Assembly (NCBI RefSeq): GCF_044704955.1
Contig: NC_091984.1
Coordinates: 211,048,001-211,112,000, forward strand
Direction of reading: 5' to 3'
Length of the DNA stretch: 64,000 bases
DNA from: Pristiophorus japonicus
Lineage: Eukaryota
The position numbers and the translations under genes are program-made. Positions 10,993-23,797 of this stretch are shown one piece after another. Within the stretch, counting starts at the first letter, position 1, and every line of letters begins with the position of its first letter. The notes beneath the pieces are model-generated. The model did not search any database and was not told the DNA's origin. It saw nothing but the letters and a program-made list of their open reading frames with translations.

Positions 10993-12775
10993 AAGATACT
11001 AATAAGATATGCTGGCCTTTTTATGGGTTTTGTGATCCCGACAGCAAAATGTGGTACTCTTAATATAATTCTTGATAAATGCCTATCATTAATGAAGATA
11101 CAAAGGAGGGAAGGTCTGGAAATGTATTTTTTTCTGTGATCAGTGAGTAACGCATGGAGAGTATTGGAGATATATTACACAGGGTGCCTCTGACAGTCTA
11201 GGCGCAGTTTAAGTTGTGAACATTAAATATTTTATTTCCAGGACTACTGAAAAAATAACTGCCATCAAATAAAGAACATTGAGTACTTCTAGTGTAATTT
11301 GTACTGCAGGAACTGTTACTACAGCGGATGACACTGAATTATTCATTAAGACAGAGTAGAAACTAGATACAACTATTTTGGTGCAGAACATGTGAGAACT
11401 ATGGTGGAAGAATTCCTCTATGTGCTAAGTGGAAAAATAATCAAAGACATTTATAAAGGATACATTTACAAATGTATTGCACTTGATTATTTTATTTTCT
11501 GGCTCAAATAGTTGAATGCACCGTAGCAAGGTGCATCATCAGTGAGAATGGTGATTTAAAAACCTCTACCTACCCATAGTGCAAATTAAAAAGTGCAAAA
11601 GAACATCTTAAAACTATGTACAGCAGCTCGAATGTCGTTATTTCAGTCCAGTTTCTAATCCATAAATCCACAGGTCGAACTGTATCCATATAAAGTTTAT
11701 TTTAGTTGGTTTGATTTTGGGAATTAATTTTAGCCATATTTGATGCCTTTTCATCATCCTTCTCAGCCATGATGTTTTTGATCCATTACCACAACCACCT
11801 TCAGTGCTGCCAATCTTTATTCACCAGATATGAGGCTCAATTTTCCCATGATCTGTGCCGTTTTTTTGGCGTGCACTGCTTTTTTTGGCCTAAATTAAAA
11901 TATCCAAGTTTCCCCAAAGATTGTGTGCTAGCATAACTCAGTTAGTAATGATTATATTTAGGTCAGGTTTCTTTTTGCGGCATAAGGAGCGTAACCTGAT
12001 ATCTGCGCCAGTTTTTCACATTTATGCAAGTTTGGCCAACTTTCATTTTTCCAAGGACGGTGTATGTGACCGCTCCCAAAAAACCTTCTGGGCACTTAAG
12101 AAAAAGCAGCACACATAAAAAAAAAATCGCAGCTGAAAGACGCCATTGTTTTTAAGGCGAAGTTTTGGAGGGAGTCAAGAACACATTAAATATGCATCAA
12201 GCTTAATTTTTTTCAAACTTAAAACACAGAAAATGGAAGTCTAATGCAATTCTTTAATTTTGGATTTTTTTCAAAGTGCCACGCCACCACTGAACGTCTC
12301 CAAACCGGGCTCGAGGGTCGGAGCGTTGGTTGGCAGAATCGATCCATCTCCCGGATCCAGGGGCTCGGCTTCAAAAGAAGCCCGGGGGGTGGTGGGGTGG
12401 GCTGGAATCTGAACTGATGCGCTGAGAACCCTTACACTATGCAGCAGAATCAAAAGAAGCCTGGGCGGTGTGTTTTCCGAGCCCGTGTCCGGGTGAGGGA
12501 GCTATTCTGCTGACCGACCCTCAAGTCTGGTGAGGAGACGTTCGGTCGGTGGTGGGGTGGTACTTTGAAAAAAATCTAAAATTGAAGAATTGCATTTGAC
12601 TTAGTTGCCCCAAATGTCCTCATTTGAATGCTTAGTTTCCCGTTCTAAGCAAGCCTATTGCGCATGCGCAGACCTGGGTGTGGTCCATACGAGGACATCA
12701 ACCTTGGGGAGAGACAGAACAAAGAAGCTTGTCCTGCCTGCCATTTTGAGCTTCTTGCAAAGGTACAATTTAATC

Positions 12776-13925
12776 ATAGGGACAATACTGGCAATGCCAT
12801 ACCTCGTGCAAGCCTTCTGCATGATGGTGCTGAACAGGAGACGATTGATTCAATGTCATCGCATGAGGAACCTCAGAGCGCGTAGGATGATGGGCAGGTG
12901 GCCTTACCCACATTGGGTATATCGAGGGAGGCGTTCATACTTGCACCTGAGTGATGCAGACTATGTGCGAAGGCTGTGTTTCCACAAAGAAGTTATAACC
13001 GAGATCTGTGAGTTAGTAAAAGCAGACCTGCAACCTAGAAGCATCAGGAGGACTGCTTTGTCAGTTGAAGTGAAGGTTACAGCTGCACTTTCATTCTATG
13101 CATCTGGATCATTCCAGACCATAACTGGGGATGTGTGCACCATTTCTCAACATGCAACACATATCTGCATTTGGCAGGTGACTGCTGCACTACATGCCCG
13201 GAGCAATGATTACATAAAGTTCCCCATGACCACCCAGGCAATGCATGAAAGGGCTGTGGGCTTCTCCAGGATTGTTGGCTTTCCAAAGGTACAGGGCTGC
13301 ATTGATTGTACCCACATCGCCTTGCGAGCACCTTTGGAGGATTCCGAGATGTACAGGAACAGAAAGGCTTCCACTCAGTTAATGTGCAGCTCATGTATGA
13401 CTATATGCATCGCATCCTGTCAGTTGATGCGATATAGCGCGCTCGCGTAGGATGTATCTGCCATGTTTCAGCAGCAGCCAGAAGGGCAGAGCTGGCTGCT
13501 GGAGAGGCAAAGGGTATGGCCTCGCCACCTGGCTCATGATGCGCCTATGCGTAACCCGGATGGAAGCTGACCAGGAATACAACATGTCGCACATTGCGAC
13601 GTGCAGCATAATAGAGAGGACCATTGGCATCTTGAAACAGCAGCTACTTGCAATACTCCCCTGTGATTGTCGGTCAGTTCACTGTTGTGTGCTGTATGCT
13701 GCATAACTTAGCCATCATGAGGCAGCAGCAGCTGATAGTAGAAGACCCACCTGAGGTGAGAGTGGCTGATGAGGAGGAAGATGCCGATGATGACGAGGAG
13801 GATGTGGAAGCCATGACACTATCTGAACCTGGAGCACGACGGCAGAGAAGGCGGGCCGTCGTGCCCCTTTAACGATTGCTTGAGCCTTGCGCCAGCAGCT
13901 CATCCGTGAACGCTTTGCTGCCTGA
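12776..13925 (+). pseudogene. HARBI1-like DDE transposase with frameshifts/deletions
   Basis: LSVEVKVTAALSFYASGSFQ, GFPKVQGCIDCTHIALRAP, YRNRK, KGYGL, IIERTIGILK, CCMLHNLA and an acidic C-terminal tract. Confidence 0.93.
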
Positions 13926-14259
13926 AGGCTCAGCGGCAACTATTCCAAATGGACTATGTTTACTGTTTGGATCTGTTCTGTAATGTTGTGTTCTGTTAAT
14001 GGAACAAATAATTGAAATGATTCAGTTATAATTTAAAATATATTTTATTCAAAAGTTTAACATTTGTTTGTACTTAATTTAACTTTAAAGTTTGATACAA
14101 GAATATTTTAATTAAAGTTTTCAGTTAAGATCACTTTAAAAACTTTTAAACTTGTAAATTTACATAACTTATAAAAAAACTTTTAATTTGAGAACAGTTA
14201 CAACAGTAACAATAACAACAGCAGCAGCAAAGAAAGGCTGCACCCATCTCTCCTTCACC

Positions 14260-15955
14260 TTATTCTAAGACTGCCTGCTGCGCTTGGTCTTGGAAACTCC
14301 ACCCCTGCCCGCAGGTGGTGGCGCAGCGATCCTCATGTTGGTACCAAGCTTATTCTTCTAAAAATCTTCTTGATGGGGATGGGGGGACGGGGAGCCGGGG
14401 GAGGGGACAGGCAGTAATGTGGCAGGCCCGGCTTGGGCCTCTTCAGAGGCTGGTATGGGGATTGGAGTGGCAGTTAATTCTGTCAATGGGCGCGGGATCT
14501 GGGCGTGTTCCCTTATTTCAGCAGCTAACTCCAACATTTCCTCCCTCATGTTCGCCGACAATGTTTCAACTACCTGCAACACTACCTGCCCCATGTTCAC
14601 TGACAGCGAATCAGCTATCTGCGACATTCCCTCCCTCATGTTCCCAGATAGTGTTCCCATTTCTCGCGAGAGTCTTGTTACTTCTCCCGACAGTCCTGAT
14701 ACCTCATCACCCACCCCACTGATGGTGTCCAAGAACGATCGTGTAAGGTCAATGCTCTCCACACACATTGCCATCATCTTAACCACATTTGTTAGATCCT
14801 GCACCTCAGGAGAGCGCTGTTGAGCTCTCCTTCCCCTCCTCACCCTGGGTGTGGCTCGCTGAATCCCACTGGGACCCGCAGCTTCAGATGGTGGGGCCCT
14901 GGGTATGCCTTGCTGCATCCCACTGGGACTCACAGCCTCAGATAGTGTGGCCCTGGATGTGCCTCGCTGCATCCCATTGAAATCCCCAGCCTCTGGAACC
15001 ATGGAATGTCCCACCAACACTTGTACCACTCAGGAAAAGGCCTGGCATCTCAATGGGTGACACCTACACCTCCGCCAGAGTGAGTACAACAATGTGGGCT
15101 TCATCCATCACCTCCCCCTCCTCCCCCCTCCATGCTCTTGGTCTGGAAGATAGGATTAGAAGATGTTCTCCTCTTTCTCGTCCGTGTCTGAATCCTCTTC
15201 TGCATCGGCTTCAGCCTCGTCAGGGTTGGCCTCAAGTTCTGCAAAATATAACAGAACAGACAAATGGTTAGCAACAGAGGAGGAGGTAGGGTGGCATGAG
15301 TAGGCACACACAGTGCAGGCAGCTTGGCTCATTTGAAGGACCATGATGAATGATAGCACATTGCATCAACCGAAGCGTAGCTGACGGAGACATCCCCATG
15401 AACCGAAGCATGTCTAGCCCGCGCAGTACTTACATTTAGGAAACCCAGACTGTGGAATTTGCAGGACTTGTCGTCTCTCTCTCGAGTGTGGGCTCAGCTG
15501 TGCAGTGGTGGTTGCTTTTCTCCAGACAGGATCCATCAAAGCAGCGACCCTCTCTTCCAAGGGGGGTCAGTGGGTGCAGATTTGCCGGGCCTCCTCCTGT
15601 TCGAGTTCTTTCCCTTTTGTTGTGTGCCACCTTCCTCTGCAAAGATGAAAATATAACTTTTTAAGAGAGGGTATCTTTCTGCTGGGTGGGTCATATCCAG
15701 ATGGTCACATTTACAATTGCAGTTCCATTGAATAAATGAAAATATTACTTCCACCTCCAGACCTCGGTGTGGTCATCATTGCACAGTAATCTTGTGCATG
15801 TTAGTTCGTGTTTCTTCATTTCTTTTGGTGAAACTTTTATGTGACCTCTGCTGGTGTCCAGCTCATGCCATCTGGCCTCAATTACAGTAGCGAGTGCTTC
15901 CACTTCATCCTGTAAGAAATTCTTGCTCCTTGAACCGCATTGCATCTTATATTGC
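14260..15955 (-). pseudogene. Harbinger Myb/SANT-like partner gene (spliced), decayed
   Basis: RSKNFLQDEVEALATVIEARW (SANT-like helix 1); RKVAHNKRERTRTGGGP exon after a TTTGCAG acceptor; acidic exon after TGCTAACCA...TTTTGCAG; coiled-coil C-terminus in ORF 14358-15029. Confidence 0.82.
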
Positions 15956-16381
15956 AGCTCCGATTTTTCCAATGATTCACGCACAACTGGGTCTTTAAAA
16001 TGGCCAAATGCAGACCGGGTGATGGGCATGCGTGCCCATGGCAATCATGTCAAAAACATCCTTTTTTTCCCCTGCGAATGTGAAGAAGGGGGAGCGGGGG
16101 GATTGTTTTTCCGGTGCAGATATTAGGCTCCATCCCCCGAAGCTAAAGGACAGGCAGCACGGCGCCAAATTTGAAAAATAGAACGGGAAAACTTGCTAGT
16201 TATTTTTTTTTGTAGTAGTCAGGGCCAAAAAAAATGGGCGTAACTCTTGCAGTACACCAGAAAACGGCACTGGGGAAAATTGAGTCCATGGACTGCAGTG
16301 CTACCATAATATACCTTGCTGAACATCTTAGAAGCACAAAAATTTCCCAAAGGGAGCAGTTCATTTTTAATTTTCACACAG

Positions 16382-16969
16382 GACTGGTATCTGAATTTGG
16401 CTCTTCTAAAAGCTCCATTGCTACAACCATATTCAAGGGACACCTTTTTGAAATTTCTTGTAAGCCTGTAATAATAATAGCAAATTCCAGAGAAAATTAA
16501 ATGGCAAACTGTTAAATACCAATTTTATGCCTCACAAGGGAAACTGAGTAACTTGCATAGGTCTTTCACTGCAAATTCTACATTCTATGATTCATAATTG
16601 AGTATTCTGCTTGTACTACAAGTAGTTCATCTACAAGTGTAGTGTCAAATATGATGATGGAAGGCTTCATTTGATTTTATGACGATATACATTTTATCTG
16701 GGCTGTATTGATTTATTTATAGCATGCCTTACATAAAACATTATTTATATCACTGTTGCGTGGGATTGCTAAAGAAGACATCAGCATGATTTACACCAAC
16801 TGCTCTGGGAAGGTACGAAAATCTAGAGTTCAATATGATAATAAATCTTATAACTTATGTTGTATACTATCTACTGTACAAAAGTTTTTAGCTGCAGTAC
16901 CACAATCTGTCAGAGGAGGGGATCAGACTGTGCAGAAAGCAGGAAAAGTATTTACTCTGCATTTTGTGA
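16382..16969 (+). other. Candidate three small exons of an unidentified plus-strand gene or pseudogene (16382-16459, 16723-16812, 16892-16969)
   Basis: Canonical AG/GT boundaries, all phase 0, joining to DWYLNLALLKAPLLQPYSRDTFLKFL-HALHKTLFISLLRGIAKEDISMIYTNCSGK-LQYHNLSEEGIRLCRKQEKYLLCIL*. No family recognised. Confidence 0.3.
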
Positions 16970-18939
16970 CCGAGTTTTCCTTGATGGCAATTTTGATCCA
17001 CATTCTGCATCCTCCGATTCCTATGTTCCATTGCACATTTCATTTGCACAATGGACAAATGCTCCTTTAATTAATTGAGTATGTATTCTACAATATACTT
17101 TGCTAGTCCAAGATTTTTTGTTGTTGTTTGTGTATTAAAAAGTACCAGTGATGTTACCAAATATTGATTTAAAATTTTTGCAATTCAGAAATGATTTGTC
17201 CTGCAACATTAGCTGTGATTTAATCCCATAATTGTGGTAATTGTAAGTTTGAGCTTATATTAAATATTATTTTGAAAAAAATAAATATAAATTTATATTG
17301 TGAACTTCCGACATCCCAAACAGGAATTGGGGTTCTAAAATTATTTTGTAGAAATGTTAAAATTATCCAGTCCTTTTAATTTTGTAATGCGAATGTAATA
17401 TATCCTAATTATTTTTAATACTTTATTTCTTTAAAAACTGCTAAATGTAGCTGATCCTACCTCTTTCCAGATCAATTGGAAGAACAGAAATAAAGGTGAT
17501 CACGTCATGTCATTGTTAGTTCTCATCATTACTGCTACATTATTGGTCTGGGACAGCATCAGGCTGCAGGAGATTGGCAACATGCCTGCTTCACCCAGCC
17601 AACTGCACAGCAACATACCAGGCACATGAGCAGCAGTATTACAACCCAAATTCATTCTCTATTGATTTTTATTTGGCAGTTTGTTAGCATCAGAATCACA
17701 ATATTGACAACTGTGGGGATTATAAGTGATTCCACCATCTACAATAGTAAATTAATGAATGCTGTTGCTTGCAATTGCTTTAACGAATCTAGGTACAGTG
17801 CAGTGTCCTTGAAATAGATTATGATGAGAGCATTACTGGAAACGTTCCTGTCACTCCAGTGCAGTACGTGTGTTGGCAAGGAGCCTGGATTGTAATTGAG
17901 TGTTAAATCAGCAGAAATGATTCAGCTGACCGGCAAATATCTCGACCAGTAATTTTCCAACTAATCAATCAAACCAAAGAGCTGCAAAAGCGCTCAACGG
18001 CAAGCCCAAGTCTTTGCTTCCAGTGCACACGTTTTCAGCAGATTTTTTGATCGGGTCCAGTTTTATATGCTAATTTGCTGGATCAGCGGGGAAAAAAGTT
18101 ACACCGCTGAATGCATCACTTTATTGAAAGAAATGTAAAAATAAGGGAAATACTTTGAGTGGAAATTTGTTGAGATATATTAATAAGTAATCTTGCAGAT
18201 CATTTTTCATTCTATATATATTCTCTCAAAAGGACACTAATCTTGTATTGAATTAAAAGTTTAAATATTTATCACACGACACTTGCAAGCTGAGTATATC
18301 TCTCGATATAAATCAGTAGATGATCCATCATTGAACAAATGCTGTCAAGGGAAGCATATTTTGGTATTTCACGCAGTGATGCATGAGAGCTGGGATTTTG
18401 GACACTCATATAGTTCTCTTATAAGTATATGTCAGAAAGGTGATTTTGATCCCAATTGTCTGGGCTGAATCGGAATTGAGGTACCAGAGGGAAAAAAAAC
18501 GAACGGTTCTTTTGAAGTAGGACTAATGCAGATCTGTCAATAATCACTAATTTGCTCAGAGCACCAAAAGAGTTAAGTTTTTTTGGAACACAATGCAAAA
18601 AGCGACTTCTGGACTGAATTACGTCTGTATTAACATTATGCTGATCCTTTTGAATAAGAAACTCCATACACGCAAATGTATTTTAAGAATTAAACATACA
18701 TAAATGATATATGCTGACTTTGCACTGACAGCCCGAGTTCTGGAGCACTCTCTGTGATGTTTAATGTAGTTCCATTCCAAGCTGGAGTTTCCTGCTTGCA
18801 ACATAGCACACCAGGGATTTGGGGAATGGAAGCAGAGAGTAAGGTGCACAATTTTAAAATTAAAAACAATGGACCTCGACAGATGGAAGGAGTGAAGACT
18901 ACACATATATTATAAAGTATAACTTCTAAATATGTGGTG

Positions 18940-19230
18940 CCCAACCTACTCAACCTTTCCTCATAAGACAATCCCCTCATCTCCGGAATCAACCTTGTGA
19001 ACCTTCTCTGAACTGACTCCAAAGCAAGTATATCCTTTCGTAAATATGGAAACCAAAACTGCACGCAGTATTCCAGGTGTGGCCTCACCAATACCTTAGA
19101 TAGCTGGAGCAAGACTTCCCTGATTTTATACTCCATCCCCTTTGCGATGAAGGCCAAGATTTCATTGGCTTTCCTGACCACTTGCTGGACCTGCATACTA
19201 TCCTTGTGTTTTTTGCACAAGTACCCCCAT
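18940..19230 (-). mobile_element. CR1 ORF2 C-terminal fragment
   Basis: MQVQQVVRKANEILAFI...LVRPHLEYCVQFW...QRRFTRLIP. Confidence 0.88.
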
Positions 19231-19632
19231 ATGATTGAATTTTCTTTAAAAGTCAATCTCCCATTACATTGAACGCAGAGGGGTAGATTTTAAACTTTCA
19301 GGGAGCCGATCGGGGTTAGAAGGGGTTGCTACCCATTCCTGTCAGCGGGAGCAGTGTCATTTCCGGGCCTGACCCTGAACTCTACGCCATTAGCAAGCTG
19401 TACGCCCCAAGCAGGCGCCCCGCTGCAGCTCACCAGTTTCGAGCTGGTGCAAAATCAGCCAACTTCGATCCTGTGCTTGGGAATGAAGGTAACTCAGAGG
19501 AGGACGAACCCGAGCCACCAGAAGCCTGCAATATTTTGTGGAGCCAGGAAGAGCTCGACTCGTGCTCTGGAATTTGCGCCATAATCCCTGCCCTCTCTAC
19601 TTTGGTCCCCTCCTTAAAGCCTACGTCTTTTC

Positions 19633-20278
19633 CGTTATGTTTTCAGTACATCATCACAAACACACAGGCTCTAAGATGGCTGATAACTTTCAGCAATTTC
19701 CAGGGGCTCAAGACTGTAATGCTGTTCTAACTCTGCTCAAGAGATGTGTCCTTTGGCTTGACAGGCACAAGCAAATATTTGCTTCAGTTAAGAAAATAGC
19801 CTGTTGTCTTTCCAACACCACCGGTTATAGTGTTCATTATTGGGGACTTCAATGATATTATTTGCGGTGGAAAAACATTTCTAGCCGCTCCATGTACGCT
19901 CCGAAACGTTCACGATCACGTTGAAACTCCCCCAAGCGCTCTATTATTCTCATAGATGTGACTATCTGGACTCTGGCAGTTCAGACAAGTGTGCTTGTAA
20001 TTTACCTTGGATTTTTAGCTGTTAATCAAAACGGAGAAGCTCTCAAAGTCTCTCAGTCAGGTGGCTGAATCATCCAACAACAATTGCAGCTTTGTTATCC
20101 GATGATCCCATTCTCATCACCATTGTTATGTTTTCAGTACGACATCACAAACACACATAGCTTTAAGATGACTGATAACTTCAGGAAGCTCAGTCAGGTG
20201 ACTCTCTATTGTTGTAAACAGCAATGGCTGCAATGCCCCAGTAGTCCACTGGGTGGAGCTATATATACATATATTACA
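19633..20278 (-). mobile_element. Internally deleted Gypsy LTR retrotransposon: 5' LTR (20124-20278), PBS, gag N-terminus, partial 3' LTR
   Basis: Direct repeat of about 65 bp at 19633 and 20124; LTR TGT...ACA; PBS TGGTGATGAGAATGGGAT at 20122-20105; gag-like MRIIERLGEF..ERLEMFF.AN..PVKPKDT..HYSLEPLEIAESY; near-TSD TTTTC/TTTAC. Confidence 0.78.
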
Positions 20279-20419
20279 TTTACCTATCTCATCATCTTAT
20301 TTGGCATGGCGTCCATTTGAGTCTGATTACAGCTTGGTTTTCTACATTAAAAGGTACTATGTAAAGAAAACGAACATGCCTTTCTCAGTCTAGGGACATC
20401 CAGGATAATCCTTATTTTT

Positions 20420-20668
20420 AGTGACACTGATTGAGGGATAAATATTGGCCAGGATACCAGGGATAACGCCCCTGCTCTTCTTTGAAATAGTGCCATGGGA
20501 TCTTTAGCGTTCACCGGAGTGGACAGACGGTTTAACATCTCATCCAAAAGCTGGCACATCACTGCACAGGAGTGTCAGCCTAGATTTTTGTGCTCAAGTC
20601 TATAGAGAGGAACTTGAACCCACAACCTTCTGACTCCGAGGCGTATCCACTGAACCATCGCTGACACT
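20420..20668 (-). mobile_element. tRNA-derived Deu-domain SINE (SacSINE1/AmnSINE1-like)
   Basis: Minus strand has an A-box TGGTTCAGTGG and a B-box GGTTCAAGTTCC, followed by the Deu-type core GGATGAGATGTTAAACC...AAAGATCCCATGGCACTATTTCAAAGAAGAGCAGGGG...CCTGGCCAATATTTATCCCTC. Confidence 0.8.
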
Positions 20669-20704
20669 GTTAAATGTAATGCAAATTGTTGTTTATTTAA
20701 AATT

Positions 20705-21540
20705 AAATTTGGGGGTATGGGCGGCACAGCATTTATTGCCCATCCCAAGTTACCCTCAAGAAGGTGGTGAGCCTCCTTCTTGAACTGCTGCAGTCCATGT
20801 GGTGAATGCACTTCCACAGTGCTGTTGAGTACGGCGTTTCAGGATTTTGATCAGCGATGATAAAGGACAATACATTGATGAAGCAGCTGAAGATAGTTGG
20901 ACCTAGGACACTGCCCTGAGGAACTCCTGAAGCAATGTCCTGGGACTGAGATGATTGGTCTCCAACAACCACAACCATCTTCCTTTGTGCTAGTTATGGC
21001 TCCAGCCACTAGAGAGTTTACTCCCTGGTCCCCATTGACTTTGGTTTTACGAGGGCTCCTTGGTGCCACACTCTTGTCGAATGCTGCTTTGATGTCAAGG
21101 GCAGTCACTCTCACTTCACCTCTGGTGTTCTTGTTTGTACCAAGGCCATAACGAGTTCTGGAGTCGAACTATCCTGGCAAAACGCAACTGAACATTAGGT
21201 TATCAGGGTATTGGTGAGTAAGTGCCACTTGATAGCACTGTTGATGACTCCGTCACTTTGCTGATGATGGAGGTGGATAGGGTGGTAATTGGTTGGGTTG
21301 AATTTGTCCTGCTTTTTGTGGACAGGACACACCCAGGCAATTTTTCACATTGTCAGGTAGATGCCAGTGTTATAGCTGTAGTGAAATAGCTTGGCTAGAC
21401 GTACAGCTATTTCTGGAGCATTGGTCTTCAGCATTAATGCGAGATGTTGTCAGGTCCCGTAGCCTTTGCAGCGTCCAGAGCACTCAGTAGTTTCTGGATA
21501 TCACATGAAGTAAATCGAATTGGCTGAAGACTGACATATG
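20705..21540 (-). mobile_element. CR1/L2-group LINE fragment (RT + 3' end), degenerate
   Basis: ALDIKAAFD and [18 protein letters not shown]. The 3' end (..CAGTTCAAGAAGG..CACCACCTTCT..GGCAATAAATGC) is shared with 33520-33930 and 43875-44295. Confidence 0.8.
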
Positions 21541-23797
21541 TAATGAGCATGGAGCTGGTACACTACACCATTCCACAGACCCAACACCTCTAAATCCTGT
21601 CACATATAATTCACTTCAGTATCTTCTGCAATTTGAACTAAGTTATCTTTTGCAGATTTAATTTTACCTTGGTAAATAAGTGGAAGTTATTTATCAATTT
21701 TTGTTATGGAATTGAAGAATTCAGATCATTTACTAATGTACAGTTGGATAAACAGCTCAGTTAACAACTTACATTTATACAGTGTCTGTCGTATAACAAA
21801 ACATCTTCATCCAGAAATTAATGTCAGAAAATACATTTTATTCCACTTTGAAGAATTGTCAGAAAACCTAACAGTTGAGGTTATGTTTGCGTTGAAGGTT
21901 GGAAAAATGAAAATACTCGGTGCCATTTAACATTAACCCCTAAACTCCTCAAGAGAATATTGAAATAAAACTGAACTTACTCAATTTTAGACTCAGTGCT
22001 GTTAACAGGGTGAAAATGTACAGAATTTAAACTTATTTAGACAATATATTTGATTTGAGTTCAGAATGAAGTATAAATGCATTTATCGGTTTGTGTTCAA
22101 TGCAAAAAATGCCTGTCACTGGCTCAAACAAGAAATATACTAGGTTGATGATCATATAGAATACATATTTAATGTCTTCTTTTACATTACAAAAATGTGG
22201 CTTAATTAAAAATAGAAATTCAGCATTTCATTAATATCCATTGAAACTAAAACATTTGGGAAAAGGCAAATGTAGGAGATCCAATGGACAGACTTTTCAT
22301 GGCTGAACCAGAACAAAATACTCTTGTACAATGAGCGTGTCACGATGAGTGGAACATCCAGTGTGGGGCATCCCTCTCACCAAGAGGGAAAAAAAAGTGA
22401 AATACTATATTGAAGAAGGAATAAAATAAATAAAATATGTGCAACAACAGTTTAAGGCTTGAAATAGTTTGGGAGATTTCTATTAAAAATAATTATGAAT
22501 ACACTAATTATTTTGGGATCAAACATCACCAACTTGGACATCTGGAATGATTTCAGGTTAGCAATTTAACCTCACAAACAAAAACAGAAACGAATAAATC
22601 ACAGACATGTCACTTGGCCATTTAATTCAGAACAGCTTAGAGTCTGTGATATCTTTTGAATATCACTCTGTAGAGATTACACAAACACCAAAGGCATCTG
22701 AGGAACCCTGTAAATGTTCACCTCACACAGTATATACAGACTGAATGCAATGAGCCAAGGTGATCTCCTTTCAACACATTCACTCCGTGGGTTTCCCGGT
22801 TAAGGTTATGCAGAGACCAGATGTGGCAGAGTTTTGCCATTAACCAACCCCCATCTCTACTAGTTTCTGCTGAGAAATTTATGTTGGTAACTTTGAGGAG
22901 TGGGGGCGAGGGGGTTGAGAGGCAAAACGCTACCCTGTAAAATCAGGATTACTCCAAAACAAATTGAAAAAAATGTGGTAGAACAATATTTTTGGCAGTA
23001 CCTATAAGGGATAGTACTTATCTTAAATTTCATTTTCCTTTAATGATATCTGCATTAACAGATAAATTGTATTAAAACATTTCTACAATGTGAATTTTGT
23101 CTGGTTCTTTGTCTATTCATCATTAACTTGTTACATAGGATATGCCAGTGTGCACATAGACCTGTCAAAGGAAGCAAGTAATTTGGCCATTTGATGGTTA
23201 ACTTTCACTACCTGATGATAAAGTGCCAGTGGGTCCTCTCCAAAAAAAGGATTTAACCCCATTAAATATAAATTTACATTTCCGCATCATAACTGTTAAT
23301 GTCTTCCTAAGGCTTCCTTAAAATAGAAATTGATTTGTTTAAATGGTCTTGAAATCAAACAGATGACAGAGTTTTTCATTATTTAGATTGATCTTGGTCA
23401 GCAGCCATCTTGTTTTTGAGTTTCCAATATTTTTTTTGAGTCAAGTGTTATTCTGGTTTGTTGAAGTGTTGGTAATTTTTTTTGGGAGAGGTCACGCATC
23501 AGTCTACATTCTTGCTCTCTTACCTTAACAAGTAAGGACATTGTATTGCTTAAATATCTTCTACTGCACAAGGAAACTGTACATTACCTCTTTGGCACAA
23601 AGTAATCTGAAAAGGTGAAAGTTCACAAGTCAAATAAGTTATTTGTAATGCCCATTAAAAAAATTCCCACTGAAATTAGAATGGATCTGAAAATTAAATA
23701 TTGGTAAGATAAATTATTCATGGAAAATATGGATTAAAAAATAAGGCATACATTTAGATACGATGCAATAACATAGTAGTGTAAGTAGTATCTTGCT

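Larger units (their letters stand above)
11833..16287. mobile_element. Full-length PIF/Harbinger transposon (4455 bp), decayed
   Basis: Left TIR AGGCTCAATTTTCCC and right TIR GGGAAAATTGAGTCC; 3-bp TSD ATG (11830-11832 and 16288-16290); transposase on plus and Myb-like gene on minus, tail to tail. Confidence 0.93.

Noticed and set aside
11241-11530. Further plus-strand exons
   Set aside because: Acceptor-like sites are present, but stops occur in all useful frames and there is no consistent donor or phase.
12605-13450. Domesticated host HARBI1 gene
   Set aside because: Frameshifted downstream and bounded by TIRs and a TSD together with a Myb partner, so it is a decayed transposon.
20575-20668. 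tRNA gene
   Set aside because: The A/B boxes belong to a SINE head followed by the Deu core; no complete cloverleaf.
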